Shown: positions 1 through 12,700 of the stretch, one piece after another
How the letters are laid out: each line of letters starts with the position of its first letter
How positions within the stretch are numbered: position 1 is the stretch's first letter
NCBI GenBank assembly: GCA_047495785.1
Contig: JBLDXI010000003.1
Location: 3,782,001-3,846,000, forward strand
DNA length: 64,000 nt
Source: Lepidodermella squamata
Lineage: Eukaryota > Animalia > Gastrotricha
Reading direction: 5' to 3'
Notes under the pieces: model-generated
The model's database searches: none
Told to the model about the DNA's origin: nothing
Seen by the model: only the letters and a program-made list of their open reading frames with translations
Translations under genes and position numbers: made by a program

Positions 1-3000
1 TGAACCAGTTAGCGCAGTTGAGGCCACCCCTGAACCTATCATCGAATCTGCCCCGGCTGCGGAGCCTGAGGTAGTCGCTGCCGTACCTGTTGAAACCGCC
101 ATCGAAGTCGAAGTCCCGGCGGTGGAGGAAGAAAGCCCAGCTCCGATTAGCGTGAAAATTGAAGAAAAGGAAGAATTTTTCGAAGCTTCCGCCTTATCGC
201 CAGCTCCCGTTGAAGTGGTCGAAGAGGTAAAGCCTGAACCTGCTCCAGTTGTTGAAGAGACTAAGGTCGAAGCCGCCCCGGTTAAAGAACCCTCTCCGCT
301 CAAGGAACCGTCTCCCGTGAAGGAAGTCGTTGCCGAACCAGTTGCTGAAATAAAACATGAGGAACCTGTGCAAGAACCTGTAGTTGAGGCCAAGCCCGAG
401 GAGAAGCCAGCGCCTGTTGAGGCAAAGGTCGAAGAAGTATCAGCGCCAGTCGAAGAGCCGAAAAAGGAAGAGAAACCTTCGGAGCCTGTTGATGTCGCTC
501 CTCCAATTTCGAAGGCCAAAGAGGCCGTTTCGCCAAAGACATCGTCGCCAGCCCCGGCTCCGGAGAAAATATCTTCGCCCAGAAACTCGTTAAGTTCGAT
601 TGGCAAGAAAGCTTCCCTCGAAAAGAAGCCATCGATTGAGGAGAAGAAGAAAGAGCCACTATTTGGTGCTAAAGCTCTGCTGGAGAAGAGGTCCTCTGTT
701 GACGAGAAAGAAAAGGCTAAAGCTGAAGCTTCGAAACCAGCCAAAGCTCCAGAGCCGGTAAAGGAACCCGAGCCTGTCAAAGAACCCGAACCGGTCAAAG
801 AGCCCGAGCCAGTTAAGCCGGTAAGTACCATAAAATCTTACTAACCTTCACAAATACTTTTTCCTAATAAAATCGCTAGTTTCCCCCCTTGTTGTCACCT
901 ACCAATCCGAAGGTTTCTTAAGTCCAGAATTACGGCATGTCCCAGAAATTACGCAATTATTTTTTAATTTGGCAACTTTTTGTATGAAATTCACTAAATT
1001 TGTCTAAATTTTACCTACCGAGGGAAAATTTCATCTTTTAAACGCGATTTAACCGAAGAAAACCCAGAAAACCCCGATTGTAACTGGTTCGGTAATTTTC
1101 GGTTTTTTCCCGGTTAGGCCAAATTTCTCCGGACTTTTCTAATCCAATTATCAAATGACATAGTTGATAAATATTCCCGTGATTTTTTGAAATTTCTAAA
1201 TTTTTTCTGGCCATGAAATGTGACTTCGTCTCTCATTTCAGGGTTTCTGAACCCTTTTCCGTGTATTTTCTTTGTTACCTATGGGACAGGCTGTAGTGGT
1301 ACGGTATCTTATGCTAGAAATTAATGTTTATTAAGGAAATATAAAAAGGGCAAACGCAGTAAAAACAAATACGGATTAAGCTGTACGCTGTTTCGTTTTA
1401 TTCTAAACACCCGGAGAAAAGGCGGATTACCTGTAGCCACTCGTGTTTTCTGAGGATTCGCCACCAGCTGCCGCTGCTGCTTTTTTGCGGTTCCTAATTT
1501 TTTCTCGATTTTTTGCGTAGTTTACTTGTTGAACACAGCGCACTAGTTTTTCAAGCTGCACAAAACTGTTATTTGCGGTAACATCTTTCATCTGTCATCG
1601 AACCATTTGCCCGTTATATATGCTTTACTCATCAATCATCGATAAAATTAAGTAAGAGCCACTTATGCGTGGGAACATCTAGCCGATTTCTATCACTAAT
1701 CGACCGTTATTTGCGTACTTGCTCCAGATTTTCTGTTGTATTATATTTACGCACTCAATCATGTAGCCGAAAATCGACACCGCTATTATTACTATTATTT
1801 GGTGTGGGACCCATTATTATTATTACTATTTCGGCTAATATCGAACGGGCAGATGTGCGTTATATTCCGTGAAGCTAATAAACTCAACGTGGGTTTGAAG
1901 CAACATTATTTCTCCCCTCAAAGCCGGCCATTTTTTCATCTCATGTCCGATCAGTTGTTTTTATGTGAATTTTTTTTTGTATGTAATAATTTCATCGCAT
2001 TTTTTGCGCGGCAACGGCCAGCAGCCGGCATATATGCTGGTGAACCGTGTATTATCATTACAAGCGTTATGATTAGAGGTATACAGATATATATGTATAT
2101 TTATAGCACCATCAGCGGCCAGTCCGCAGAATTTTATGCGCACCCTGATCCGTTAATGCCCGCTGCTGCTTGTTCTCTCTTGTTATCACGATGGCAACTT
2201 GCTGCTCGTGCGGTTTTAGATGATGCCAGCAGCAGAACTTACAGCTGGATATCATACGTTTTCTCGGCCGTGTAATAGTGAATGTAATAATAATTCGCCG
2301 GGCCGCGACTCTCTTCATTGTACAAACAATCGCATCATCAGAAGCGTGCAATAGCAGCCGCGTAGCAAAAAGGGACGAAATAAGCATGGGCTAGATTTTG
2401 CAAGATCTTTTCCCCGCGCCCAGCTCCTTAATATTATTTTTCAGCATGTGCTCATCGCACATGGCGGCTATAATAATGGTCGGGTAAAAAAAATCGCGTC
2501 CTTGAGCGACGCTTTTTCGCACTGCCATCTCGACTTACCTTAATAAAAAATGCCGCCTTAATATGAAAAAAAATCACATTTTTTCTCAACGTCGTACAAA
2601 CACGCTTTTATTGACTGCCAATCGAGCGCGTTATTTAATTACGCATTTTTTCCGCTGATATTTTTTTCGCCATAATCATCGCCTTATACCATCACGCGCA
2701 TTATAGATTACAGGCCCTTGTTGCCGATTTTAGCTGTCAACCTGATGAGTAGAGATGGCCATCTCTTATCTCTCGAGTTGTTATTATTTATTTTCGCCAG
2801 TGATGCGCGATATATGTTCTTCACAAGTTGTACCACGCCTTTTGATATTGTACAATAAACGGCGGGCCGTTTTCGTCGTCGCATGCGTTATCTTGTTGAG
2901 GCAGGAGCGTAGGTAGGTAGGGCAGGGCCGAGAGCGCGCAGCTGGGCCGGCTCTTCTCGCTACGCCGCGATGCAATTTCGGCCGTTGTGTTGTTGGCGAG

Positions 3001-5990
3001 GCATTGCGAGCGCGCGGAAATGAACAGTGGAGAAATTATTTGGGCTGCGCATATCTGCGATAGACATATGTACATCTGTGCAGCTTTACATCTTACCGTA
3101 CTACAAGCCTCCAGGTAATATACGGGATGATACAACACGCCAAGCGAAAAACAACAACAACAACAGCATCAACAACAACATTCGTTTTATGTCTCGCCGA
3201 GCCGATGAGCTCGATCCAACTATCGATATATATGTTACTACGAACGATATATAGATATAGAGGTAGCACGTGGGTGCGATAATTTTTATACGTGCTGCCA
3301 AAAATTGCTGCCCGAGACAGTGATGCATCGGCGGCGGCGTGGCTGGTATTCGACTCATTAGTTTTTTCCGCGATCTCTTTGCTTAGATGTTATCGCATGC
3401 TACTTGCTGCTGTTACAACTTGAAACTGTTCATTATTCATCTAAGCTCTTTCTCTCCGATATATATACCGGCTCATTTCGCCGCGCTCATACCTAATTGC
3501 GTGGGCGAATTTCTACCTCCTACGTCGATATGTCCCGAGGATCACAAATATTTTAGTGCGCTACAATTTGCCAAACAATTCCTTCAGTTTCCTGTGCTTC
3601 TTCACTCGATATACCTTGGAAATATTTTATTAGCAAAATCTTCGAGATTATACCTCTAAATCCCCCTTTGAAAATGAACCCCTGAGAATGTAGCTGTATG
3701 TTTCAAAATTGTTCGGAAAAAATTGGAAAAATAGGAAAGAAAATAGCCTTTCGCCTGGCAACTTCCAATTAAATTACCTTAATTTTATGTTAAGGAGGAT
3801 TTTTTGATAATTATTCGGACGACCAATAGCTACTCTAATCGCGAATTAATTAGGGCCTTAATTATTAAGGGCAAGTCGCCGCACCAAATTTTATGACCCT
3901 CATTATATAGGATGACCTATTTACTTGCCATTTTATTACCTCCCTCATTCAGTTCGCACTGACTCACCGAAGAAGCCTTTAACTGTTGCATTGATTTAAA
4001 CAGATATTTATTATTGATGAATTTTTAAGGCGGATCCGCCGGCGATATCCGAACAATCAAAAAGTGACGCCATTCCAGCAGGTAAGAAAAAATCAGGCAA
4101 AATGGCTACCATCGCAGTTGACCTCGGCGACATCGAAGACGACGACGCGCCTATTGAAGTCGTCGTGCCCAGTTTCGAAGCGGCTCCAGCGCCTGTCGTA
4201 GTCGCCGCGCCCGTTGTCGAGCCGGCTAAAATCGCCCCGTTATCTGTTACCATCGGCGATTCAGCTTCGGAGGACTTCCGCACGCCGACTCATACCGCGA
4301 GCCCCAAGTCGAAGGCGATTAGCTTCGCGTCTTCGGTCACGCCCTCGGCCAGCGAGAGGCACATCGACGACGGCTATACAGCCCCTCAGTTCACGAACTC
4401 AGTCAGCGCCGCGTCGCCGAAATCGCCCGCGCCTGTCGCCTTCGTGCCGCCAAACCTCGACGACAATCTCAAGGAAACGTACATGGAGCACGTTACTTAC
4501 TACACAAACAGAATTCTGCCGTTCACTCAATCTGCAAAGTCGTTAGTTACCCGCCAGTCGACCCTTCTGGATCGCTTGCGCAGCATGCGCGGTGAGATGG
4601 AACGCGCCGAACGCGAGCTGGACCTGGCCGTTGACGAATTTGACGTTCTGAAGAAGTCGACCCGTAACAGCTCTCGTCGTCTGATGATGTCCGAGGATTT
4701 GGGCACCATGGAGGGCGGCGACATTTTCGGCGACTCTGGCGCCGATGGCGGCGATACTGATGGGTTGTACGATTCTAGTCCTTACCGGTCGTACCGCCGC
4801 AGTACTCGCCCTGTTGAGCGATCCTCGTGGCTGACGACCCGCTCGCCCAGTGCCCGGCGCTACCTCGACGAAGCCGATGAAGACTCAAGCAGGTAAAATT
4901 CCGTTATCCTTTTTCCCTTTTCATTACTTAGGTTAGGTTTTCGGTGATTATTCAAAACTGGAAATAATGTCCAAAACTGGGCCAAGTTGCCCACTTGAAA
5001 ATTAAGGTGGAATATTGGTGACAAAATTTTATTTAGTCGCTTTTAGCCTTGAATCGAACATTTCAGGAATTATTTTCTGATCATTTTTTTTACTTGAATT
5101 TTATCGATTTTTTGCATCCGTAATCGATAAATCCAGAAGCTTGAAATGTCAATTTGCTGTCAGAAAACCTTGATTTTGACTATACTCATCAATTATAAAA
5201 ATAGAAGCAGCATCGATATTCCCAGGTACTGTTAGCCAACAAAAAGTCCTAGACAAACGCTTCTAGCTTACGGTAGTTGATATGATGGTAGGCAATCAAA
5301 TTATTGTCCGACCTTTTTATAGGTCACACAAACGAAATAGATTTAAATTGCTCCTCATTGCCCTAGACAATGAGGTCAATTAGAGCGGCGAAGCTAAAAA
5401 TGGCGTGGGCTTTATAGCTTTTGCAAAGCTGGTACTCATGAAGAAAGATTTTGCAGTATGTTGGCTGTGGACCCTAATCTTTGGTTGAATTGTACCCGGC
5501 TGGCCGCAAATTTGAGATCATTTGACGTAACGCCCTCTTGGTTGCAGAGAAATAATGAAAACAATAGGTCCATTTCACTGAAATAATTGCAATATTTTTC
5601 TTCAATTTTTCGCTAATTAGGTACAAGTTCCGATCGGCAGCCAGTCGTTACAACACGTCATCCAGTGGCTACAATACGTCGTCGAGCGGCTACAACAGCT
5701 ACCTGCGCACCCGTTACGCCACTGGCGAGGATGACCAGTTGTGTGAGCATGACGTAGGTGGCATTGGCAGTTCCGATGATGTGCCCTCCTACTCGTATTC
5801 GTCATCACTCGGCCGCTATTCGTCGCAGTACGGCGGTCGCATCAGCTCGGCTGCTGACAGCGATGCCGATTTGCTGAAACAGACGCGTCGCTTCGAAGAA
5901 ACGCTGCGGTCCCTCCGCAGCACCTATACATCGCTATCATCGGCTCCTGAACCGGAACTGTCGACTTCGAAATTCTCCCTCGCCATCTGA
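1..5990 (+). CDS. 3' part of a Pro/Glu/Val/Lys-rich (PEVK-like) low-complexity protein; exons <1-820, 4030-4892, 5621-5990
   Basis: GTAAGT donor at 821 (phase 0) joins the TTTTTAAG acceptor at 4029/4030, in frame with ORF 4102. A phase-2 donor at 4893 joins the TAATTAG acceptor at 5620/5621, in frame with ORF 5739-5990. Contains (EPVKEP)n repeats and a short coiled-coil (LLDRLRSMRGEMERAERELDLAVDEFDVLKK). AATAAA lies near 6130. Confidence 0.7.
933..1293. mobile_element. Tc1/mariner-type MITE (copy 1), intronic
   Basis: TA-CGGCATGTCCCA ... TGGGACAGGCTG-TA imperfect TIRs with flanking TA. About 1050-1295 aligns by eye with 22455-22686. Confidence 0.6.
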
Positions 5991-8900
5991 ACAACACCAA
6001 AAGCAGCCAACGCGATACATAAAAAAAACATGACCTCAATCGTAAAAAAAATTCAATCAACTTTTTTATATAAGATTCCCTTCGCATTTTCATGATTGAA
6101 TGTTTTTTTTTCGATTTTATTGCTGCGGTAATAAATCTGGTGCGTGACCTCTTAATTGTGTAAGATGGGCGATTTCTTGTCTTCTTGTCTGTATGTTATT
6201 ATACTCATCATCATCTAAGTATATAATAATAATATGTAATTTTTTAACGTTGTGAGCACCCACCTGTTAATATGATATGACTCATCCTTGTTCGGATATT
6301 GGTGAATACCGTGTGTAGCCATTTTTTACTATAGGCTAAGAACTTTCGATGTTGAGAAGAAACCTTTCGCCTGATGCGTGTAGCTAGATGCATGTTGAAA
6401 GGTGGTCTTTTTGTCGTATATTTATGACTGTTGCGCTCCTTTCACTTCGCGCACATTTCGAATCAAAAGAACGTGTAAAGATCGCCTCCTTTTTACGACG
6501 AATACTGTTTGTTGTTCCTGCCTTTTCCTGCTCCTCTGTAAATTTAATTTTTCTAAAAGATTATTGTTTTCTCCCCGAGCTGTCGAAATGTGGGACTTTG
6601 ATGACGTCAAGACTTGCGGTGCTTCTAAGAAATTACTAAATTTTTCTACAATTTTTTCCTTCGATTCATAAAATTTCCCCCGATGTGAATATTATACATT
6701 AAACAAATTTGATCTGATGAATGAGGACAAAACATCGGCACCCGTGTATTTAATTAATTAAAAAAATCATCCATGTCGTGTTGCTGGCTAATTCCATAGA
6801 CACCTTGTTGCATGTGGCCGCAATTCTCTGTGGTGTGATTTTTTATATGAATTCTTCTTGGCAAACAAACTAATTGCTATTTATCACGTGGCGTTTAAAT
6901 CCCTTATCTATCGATAAAAAAAACATCGCCTGATATTATCTCGGCTTGAATCATTGTCGAATTGAAAAAAAAACAGAATATACCGAAAGGCGTTTAATGA
7001 ACGATTGTAATCATCTTGGCTGCGGAGCAAAACATCGGATGTAAAAAAAAACGACATGAAAAATTGAGGCCTGCAATAAAGCGTGCTCAAACATTTGACC
7101 TGGTTTTTTATTATACAATAATTTTAAAGATGGAACCCAGAAAAAATTAATTATACAGAAATTAACTTTTCTATCATCCAGGATTATGGCTGACAGTACT
7201 CTTTCTTACGATTATTAATCGGCGACCGCTCATCCTCGGCTAAGATGAACTTGAATATTGTCTGAGGTTTAAGAGAGACTAAAATCGATAGGCAAAAAGC
7301 GACTTTTTCTTGCGCATTCTGAATTTCCTGAAGGGACAAGAAATCGAACGAAGCGTTAACCTAATTAAGCCTTGTTTTTTTATTACAATTGCACTGATCA
7401 TTCTTTATTTGCATCGAATAATTTATTATTTTTTTCGAATCCAGCTCAAATTCTTGGAAATTGTAAACATGTTTGTACTGAGAAATCATCACATGGTGGT
7501 TTGCATATATGTATCAAAAAATAGCTTGCTATCGGAGATTATTATTTATCATACTATCACTTAGCTGGTTTTTTAAGGCTTCTCAGACTATTCAGCGTTG
7601 ATAATTTATTCATTGGCCTCTCTTCGCAACCAAGCCACATGACGGGGACAGGCAGCTACTTATGAGAGTATTATCTGTTTTTTTACCCACGCCCACTTTT
7701 CCAGCTCTGTATTTTTTCCCGCATTATTCGCAAAAATCATCGACGACGATATAGTAATATGAGAACGCGATGATCGATTCAAGTTTTGATGTTGGCTTGC
7801 AAATGGTAAATAAATATTTTCATCGCCGTTGAGCGCAGAATTTGGCATCGATCATCATCGGCTAATTGGCCAAAAAATTTAGGTCACTTTATAAATTTTT
7901 CATGCGAGATGTGTAGTATAGGAACAAAGATTCTAAGGTAAGTTTGCTGTGGCTATTTGCGACGAGGCACTTTCCATCCACGAAATTATACAGATTTTGT
8001 AGCCCCTAGACTGATGCGGCGGAAATCAGCTAATATATGAGCAGGGATTGATTTTATTTAATATTTCTATAAAGCGGTGTGGCTAAGCTGCGGCTTCGAA
8101 TTTAGCAAATGAGTTGCTATCTTTATCACCAATGGCCGCGAGCCAAATCGTGTAGTGCGACACTAAATTATTAACTATATGATAGCTAGAGGCTGCTTAT
8201 GAGTGGCGATTTCTTTATATTGAACAACGCCGCGATGAATCGTCGAAATCGGCTAGGGAATATATTTCAATTTTTCCAGCAGCTATAGCAATCGATTTGA
8301 AACTTGCGTGACGTGTGGCGGCGTGATTTCTCCTTTCCCAGCATAATACAGAGCGATGCTTATCACGGCGGCGGCCGCTTGGCGCGTTTATTATTTTGTG
8401 TCACCGAGATCCACACTGTCCGTCCTTCTCTCCGCAGCGTGCTATTTTTCATCGTATTCCCTGCGATCAATTAGACACAATTGAAAGCTATGAGACGTTT
8501 CTTCTACTGCTGCGATTCCGGCCTAATATTCGTCAGCCCTCGCTTATTCACACCAGACGCAATTATTTCAAAATATATAACACAGAATTTCGGGACGCGG
8601 ATACTTTGCTATACTCGATCGCCCTCAATATAGTTCAACTAAAAATTCGGATACAAGCCAGTTTTAAGGTTCCAATTAATAGGAGGACTTTGCGCGATTA
8701 GACAGCGCCAATTATAATATATCCTTAATATCCTCAAGATGTCCTTGGAACTTTGCCAAGGGTCATGTAATAATTAATTTACCCGAATTAATCCTATTTC
8801 AAAATTTTGAAAATTTCATGAAAATAAAATAAAATAAATAAAAATAAAATTCATTCCTATCAATCCTTACTTTGAGAACAGTCCGATCCTTACCTAGTTA

Positions 8901-9799
8901 TCAGAATTTTGTGATAAGAAAGACTTCAATAGTTCGCTATTATTACAGTTTCAAGTTTATTGGAGGATTTTTTTGCTTTTAAGACTGCTTTATCTAGCGA
9001 TTTCCATGAAATTTTACAAATTAGGATAGGTAAGTACTCAATCTTCTAATGGCGAGACCTTATATTGAAGGAATGTAGATCAGGCACGGAATTCCACGCG
9101 TTGAAGGTATAGAATCTAATCACTCAATGTACTAGACTTCGAAACTTGAAACGCCGCTTTCGAACACAGACAAAATAGGACATGTTTTCTCAATTTCAAA
9201 ACTTTTCATGCCCATCATCAGGCTTTGAAGTTTCCTCATTCTTGCCGTGTAATATGTGCTCTTATAATGCCAAGACGGAAGATGAGTTTTTCTCACGGTT
9301 TTTAATGCCTTCCGAAACGCTTCTTCCGTAAATACCACGAACCACGTGCCGCGCCATAGACGTCATCTCATCAAAAGTTTTATATCATGAATAATAGGTA
9401 TGTTTTGTCGTGTTTTCTAGTCTATTCACAGCGTTTTTTATTGCTCTTGCATCGAACTTTTCAATCACGCTAGCATACTTCGTTATATACTTTAATCGCC
9501 CGACGCAAGGATTTATCGCGAAGTGACCGATTTTCGAACTTCGTCGGCCTGAAATTGGAAATTTTCACCCGCCGCACAATTAAATTGATTTTTTTTTCGT
9601 TGCTAATAATAGGTATTTATATTATATTATACTTGAGGAAATTTGAGGTCGGGACTAATACAATCATCGTGCTATGTTTCCGCATCCTGCAGCCTTGTAG
9701 CCGATAATAATTAATTAATAAATTTCTATCCGGCGCGATATGGCTCGTTGCCTAACGCAATTGCTGACCAATAGATAAAAAAAGCACGCTTATTTTTGA

Positions 9800-12700
9800 A
9801 TGGATAAGCAGGTAACTCTCGACGAAATCGGCCAATTAGTACAGCCGCTGTCGATTTTGATCGGCGTAGTCGGCGGCGGCCTCTTGCTGCTCGTTCTACT
9901 TCTGTTGCTATGCCGATATTTGGCAAATAGCATGAAGAACGGCCAGGTTAGTAGCGAGGAAAGCCGACCGCTGCTCAGTAAAGTTCAGCGAAGATGCGCA
10001 AAAGTTGCGGCTTATTTCTGGCCAACCGACGAAGACCTCGCGCGAACTCGAGGCCCGATAAACCAGCGCAAAACCCTAGTCGTCGCCCTGGCGAATAACG
10101 GCTCAAAAACAGCGGCTATCGCTGGCATGGATCTCGATTTTATGAATGGGCGTAAATTCGCGCGGCCTAATGTGCTGAAATTGGCGATGGCGAAAAGCGG
10201 CGCCGATATCATCCCAATCGATGGCGATAATCGCAAATGGCTGACGGCCGAGTCGGCGGATATCGAAACGGACAATTACTTTCGGCGATCGATGACATCG
10301 CTGAATGCTGAAACGCCTTTACCCGGCGAAGTTAACGCCGTTATCAACACGTCCGTAAGCAATTACGGCGTCGATGCGGGTGAAAATCAAACCAGCACCT
10401 TGCTCGAACCGGCTTCAATCAGCGGCGATCATGTTTCATCGACGTCAATCAACATACCTACAGGTGAGCGAGTATTTTTTCATCAATTATAACCTAGTGC
10501 GCGTTTTGTTTAATGAATGATGACAACTGCACGTGTGGCACACGCTCGCTAGAAAAATCGATAGATTCGTTTTCTTTTTTTACTTGTGAATTATATTTTT
10601 GCTGCTCATTAATTTTTCTTTTATCCAGCTCAGTTTTGCCCTCCCTTCATTGTTGATTTTCATCTATCCGTTGTGTCTTAACGCGGCTAATGAGCATGAT
10701 TAATTTTTCTTGAATGGTCCTTGTAGTCGTGGGTCGCTGATTGATTTTTTGCCAATTTTTGTTCCCTTTGAACAAAAAAAAACGGCCCTTTTCTGTCTCT
10801 TAATTGACTTATAAAGTCTGGCGCGTTGAGCAAACACGGCGACGTGAAGCCGGAAAATACGGCGGGGGGAGGCGAGCGGCGATATAACTCGCGCAGTTTT
10901 TTTTTCTATTGAGCACACACATACGTACACACTGGTGAGGAAATAGAGGGTGCTTCATCCATCATCATGACACACGCAATAATAATAATAATAATGATAG
11001 ATTGCATGTGACGTGATTTGACTTTTCTGTTGCAATTTTCTCGCGGGAATATCCCCCACGCGATGGCGGCCTCCGAAAAAAAGTGCGAATTTTTTTCGCC
11101 TTTCGCCTGGCTATCGTTGACTTTTTATTGCTTAGCCCCTAGAGACACTAAACCTGGGCACGCGCGCTGCTGTCAGTGAATGAGGAAAAACGATTTTTTT
11201 TTCTCTGAATCGCAGCGATTTATTATTATTAACGTGCTGCGCGCTTTGTAAGCGTCACTATATCCCAGCGGATGGCTCTTGCGTCCGAAGCTGTGTGATA
11301 CTGTCATTACCGTCGAGCGATTTCTTCACCCGCCTTTTAACGCCTTTGTCGCACTCACATTATTATTTTTTTTGTTTTGTTTTTTTCCTCAACAAGAAAT
11401 GGCCGGTTATTCTACAAAAAATATCACTCATTTACCCGTCAATAATAACACGAGCACCGCCTCACCTGCGTTAGCTTTCTCTTCGATTTCGCTCGAGCGA
11501 AGTAACAGCCAGGCCACGTCGAATAACGGCGGAGAAAATTCGCCGAAAATTTTATCGACGCTGAGCCGCTTCGGCAGCTGGTGTAAACGCGTGGCGAATG
11601 ACGCGAATTCTGAATTGTCTGATTTCGTTCAAACAAGTGCTTCTCATTTATTAGCCGCTGTCGACGATGCCGACCAGTTGCTGGCGAACGCCGCGGCGCC
11701 GCAAACCAGACAACGCGCCTGGTCTAATATCAGCGGCTACTACAACAACCCGGCGGCGGCTCAGCAAAAAACTACATCAAGGTAAAAATATCTCGTGTCT
11801 ATACTCGTTAGATAGCCTAGGAAATCAGCTACATTTTGATATAAATTTCATAATTTTATTAAATTTTAGTGAAATTATAAATTAAAAAATAAATTTGTTT
11901 ATTTTCGTGACCTTGATGAACGTGATAATTTTGTTGATGTTATTGTAAGAGCGCGTTCTAATTTGACGCCGCTGTTTGATTAATGTTCGTTTTAATAGCT
12001 TTGCTGTTATTCTATTTTTCGATTTGATGAACGCAGAACAATAGACGGCGGCTCGGCGATGGGCAGCCATCATTATCAGCCAGGCGATCTGTTGGGCGCC
12101 GCTTCATCGGCTCAAGCGTTAATAAGCACCAGCACCGGTTGCCTCATAGGTAATAATGCGAACGTGACTACGGCTCAACCACAACAACAACAACAACAGC
12201 AGCAGCATCAGCAGCCTAACGATAATAATCAGCAATCATCTATGCTGGGCGCTTCATCTTCCGCCTCGTGTTATTTGCCTGTTGCCTCCACTGCTTCGAC
12301 ACCATCTACTACTACAACTGCTGTTCCCCCAGCGTCTTCGGTTTCCATTCCAAGAAATATTCCTTATAGCAATACCAGCCAATCTCCCATCGCTAAAAGG
12401 TTAACACTAGAAATTTTCTGTCTCTTAGATTTTAACCCAGAATAATTATGCGCTAGAAAATCGAAGATTTTTTGCTGATTCATGATACTTGAATTAAGTG
12501 CCCTTCACGAGCATTATGTCGTGTTGTTATTTAATATGTTTTTTCCGGACCCTAATCCGACAAAAACCGATATACTTCAAACTAATATTTCGCCTATTTT
12601 AGACTATCATCAAGTAGCGGAGGAAGCCGGCAAGGTTTCTCAAACTCTTGCGATTATTACGCAGCCAACGCGAACTGGGACGACCCAGCAACGTGGGCAT

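Noticed and set aside
1669-3659. Several short ORFs on both strands
   Set aside because: They lie in the 821-4029 intron, have low-complexity AT/CAA-rich composition, and show no motifs or consistent splice phases.
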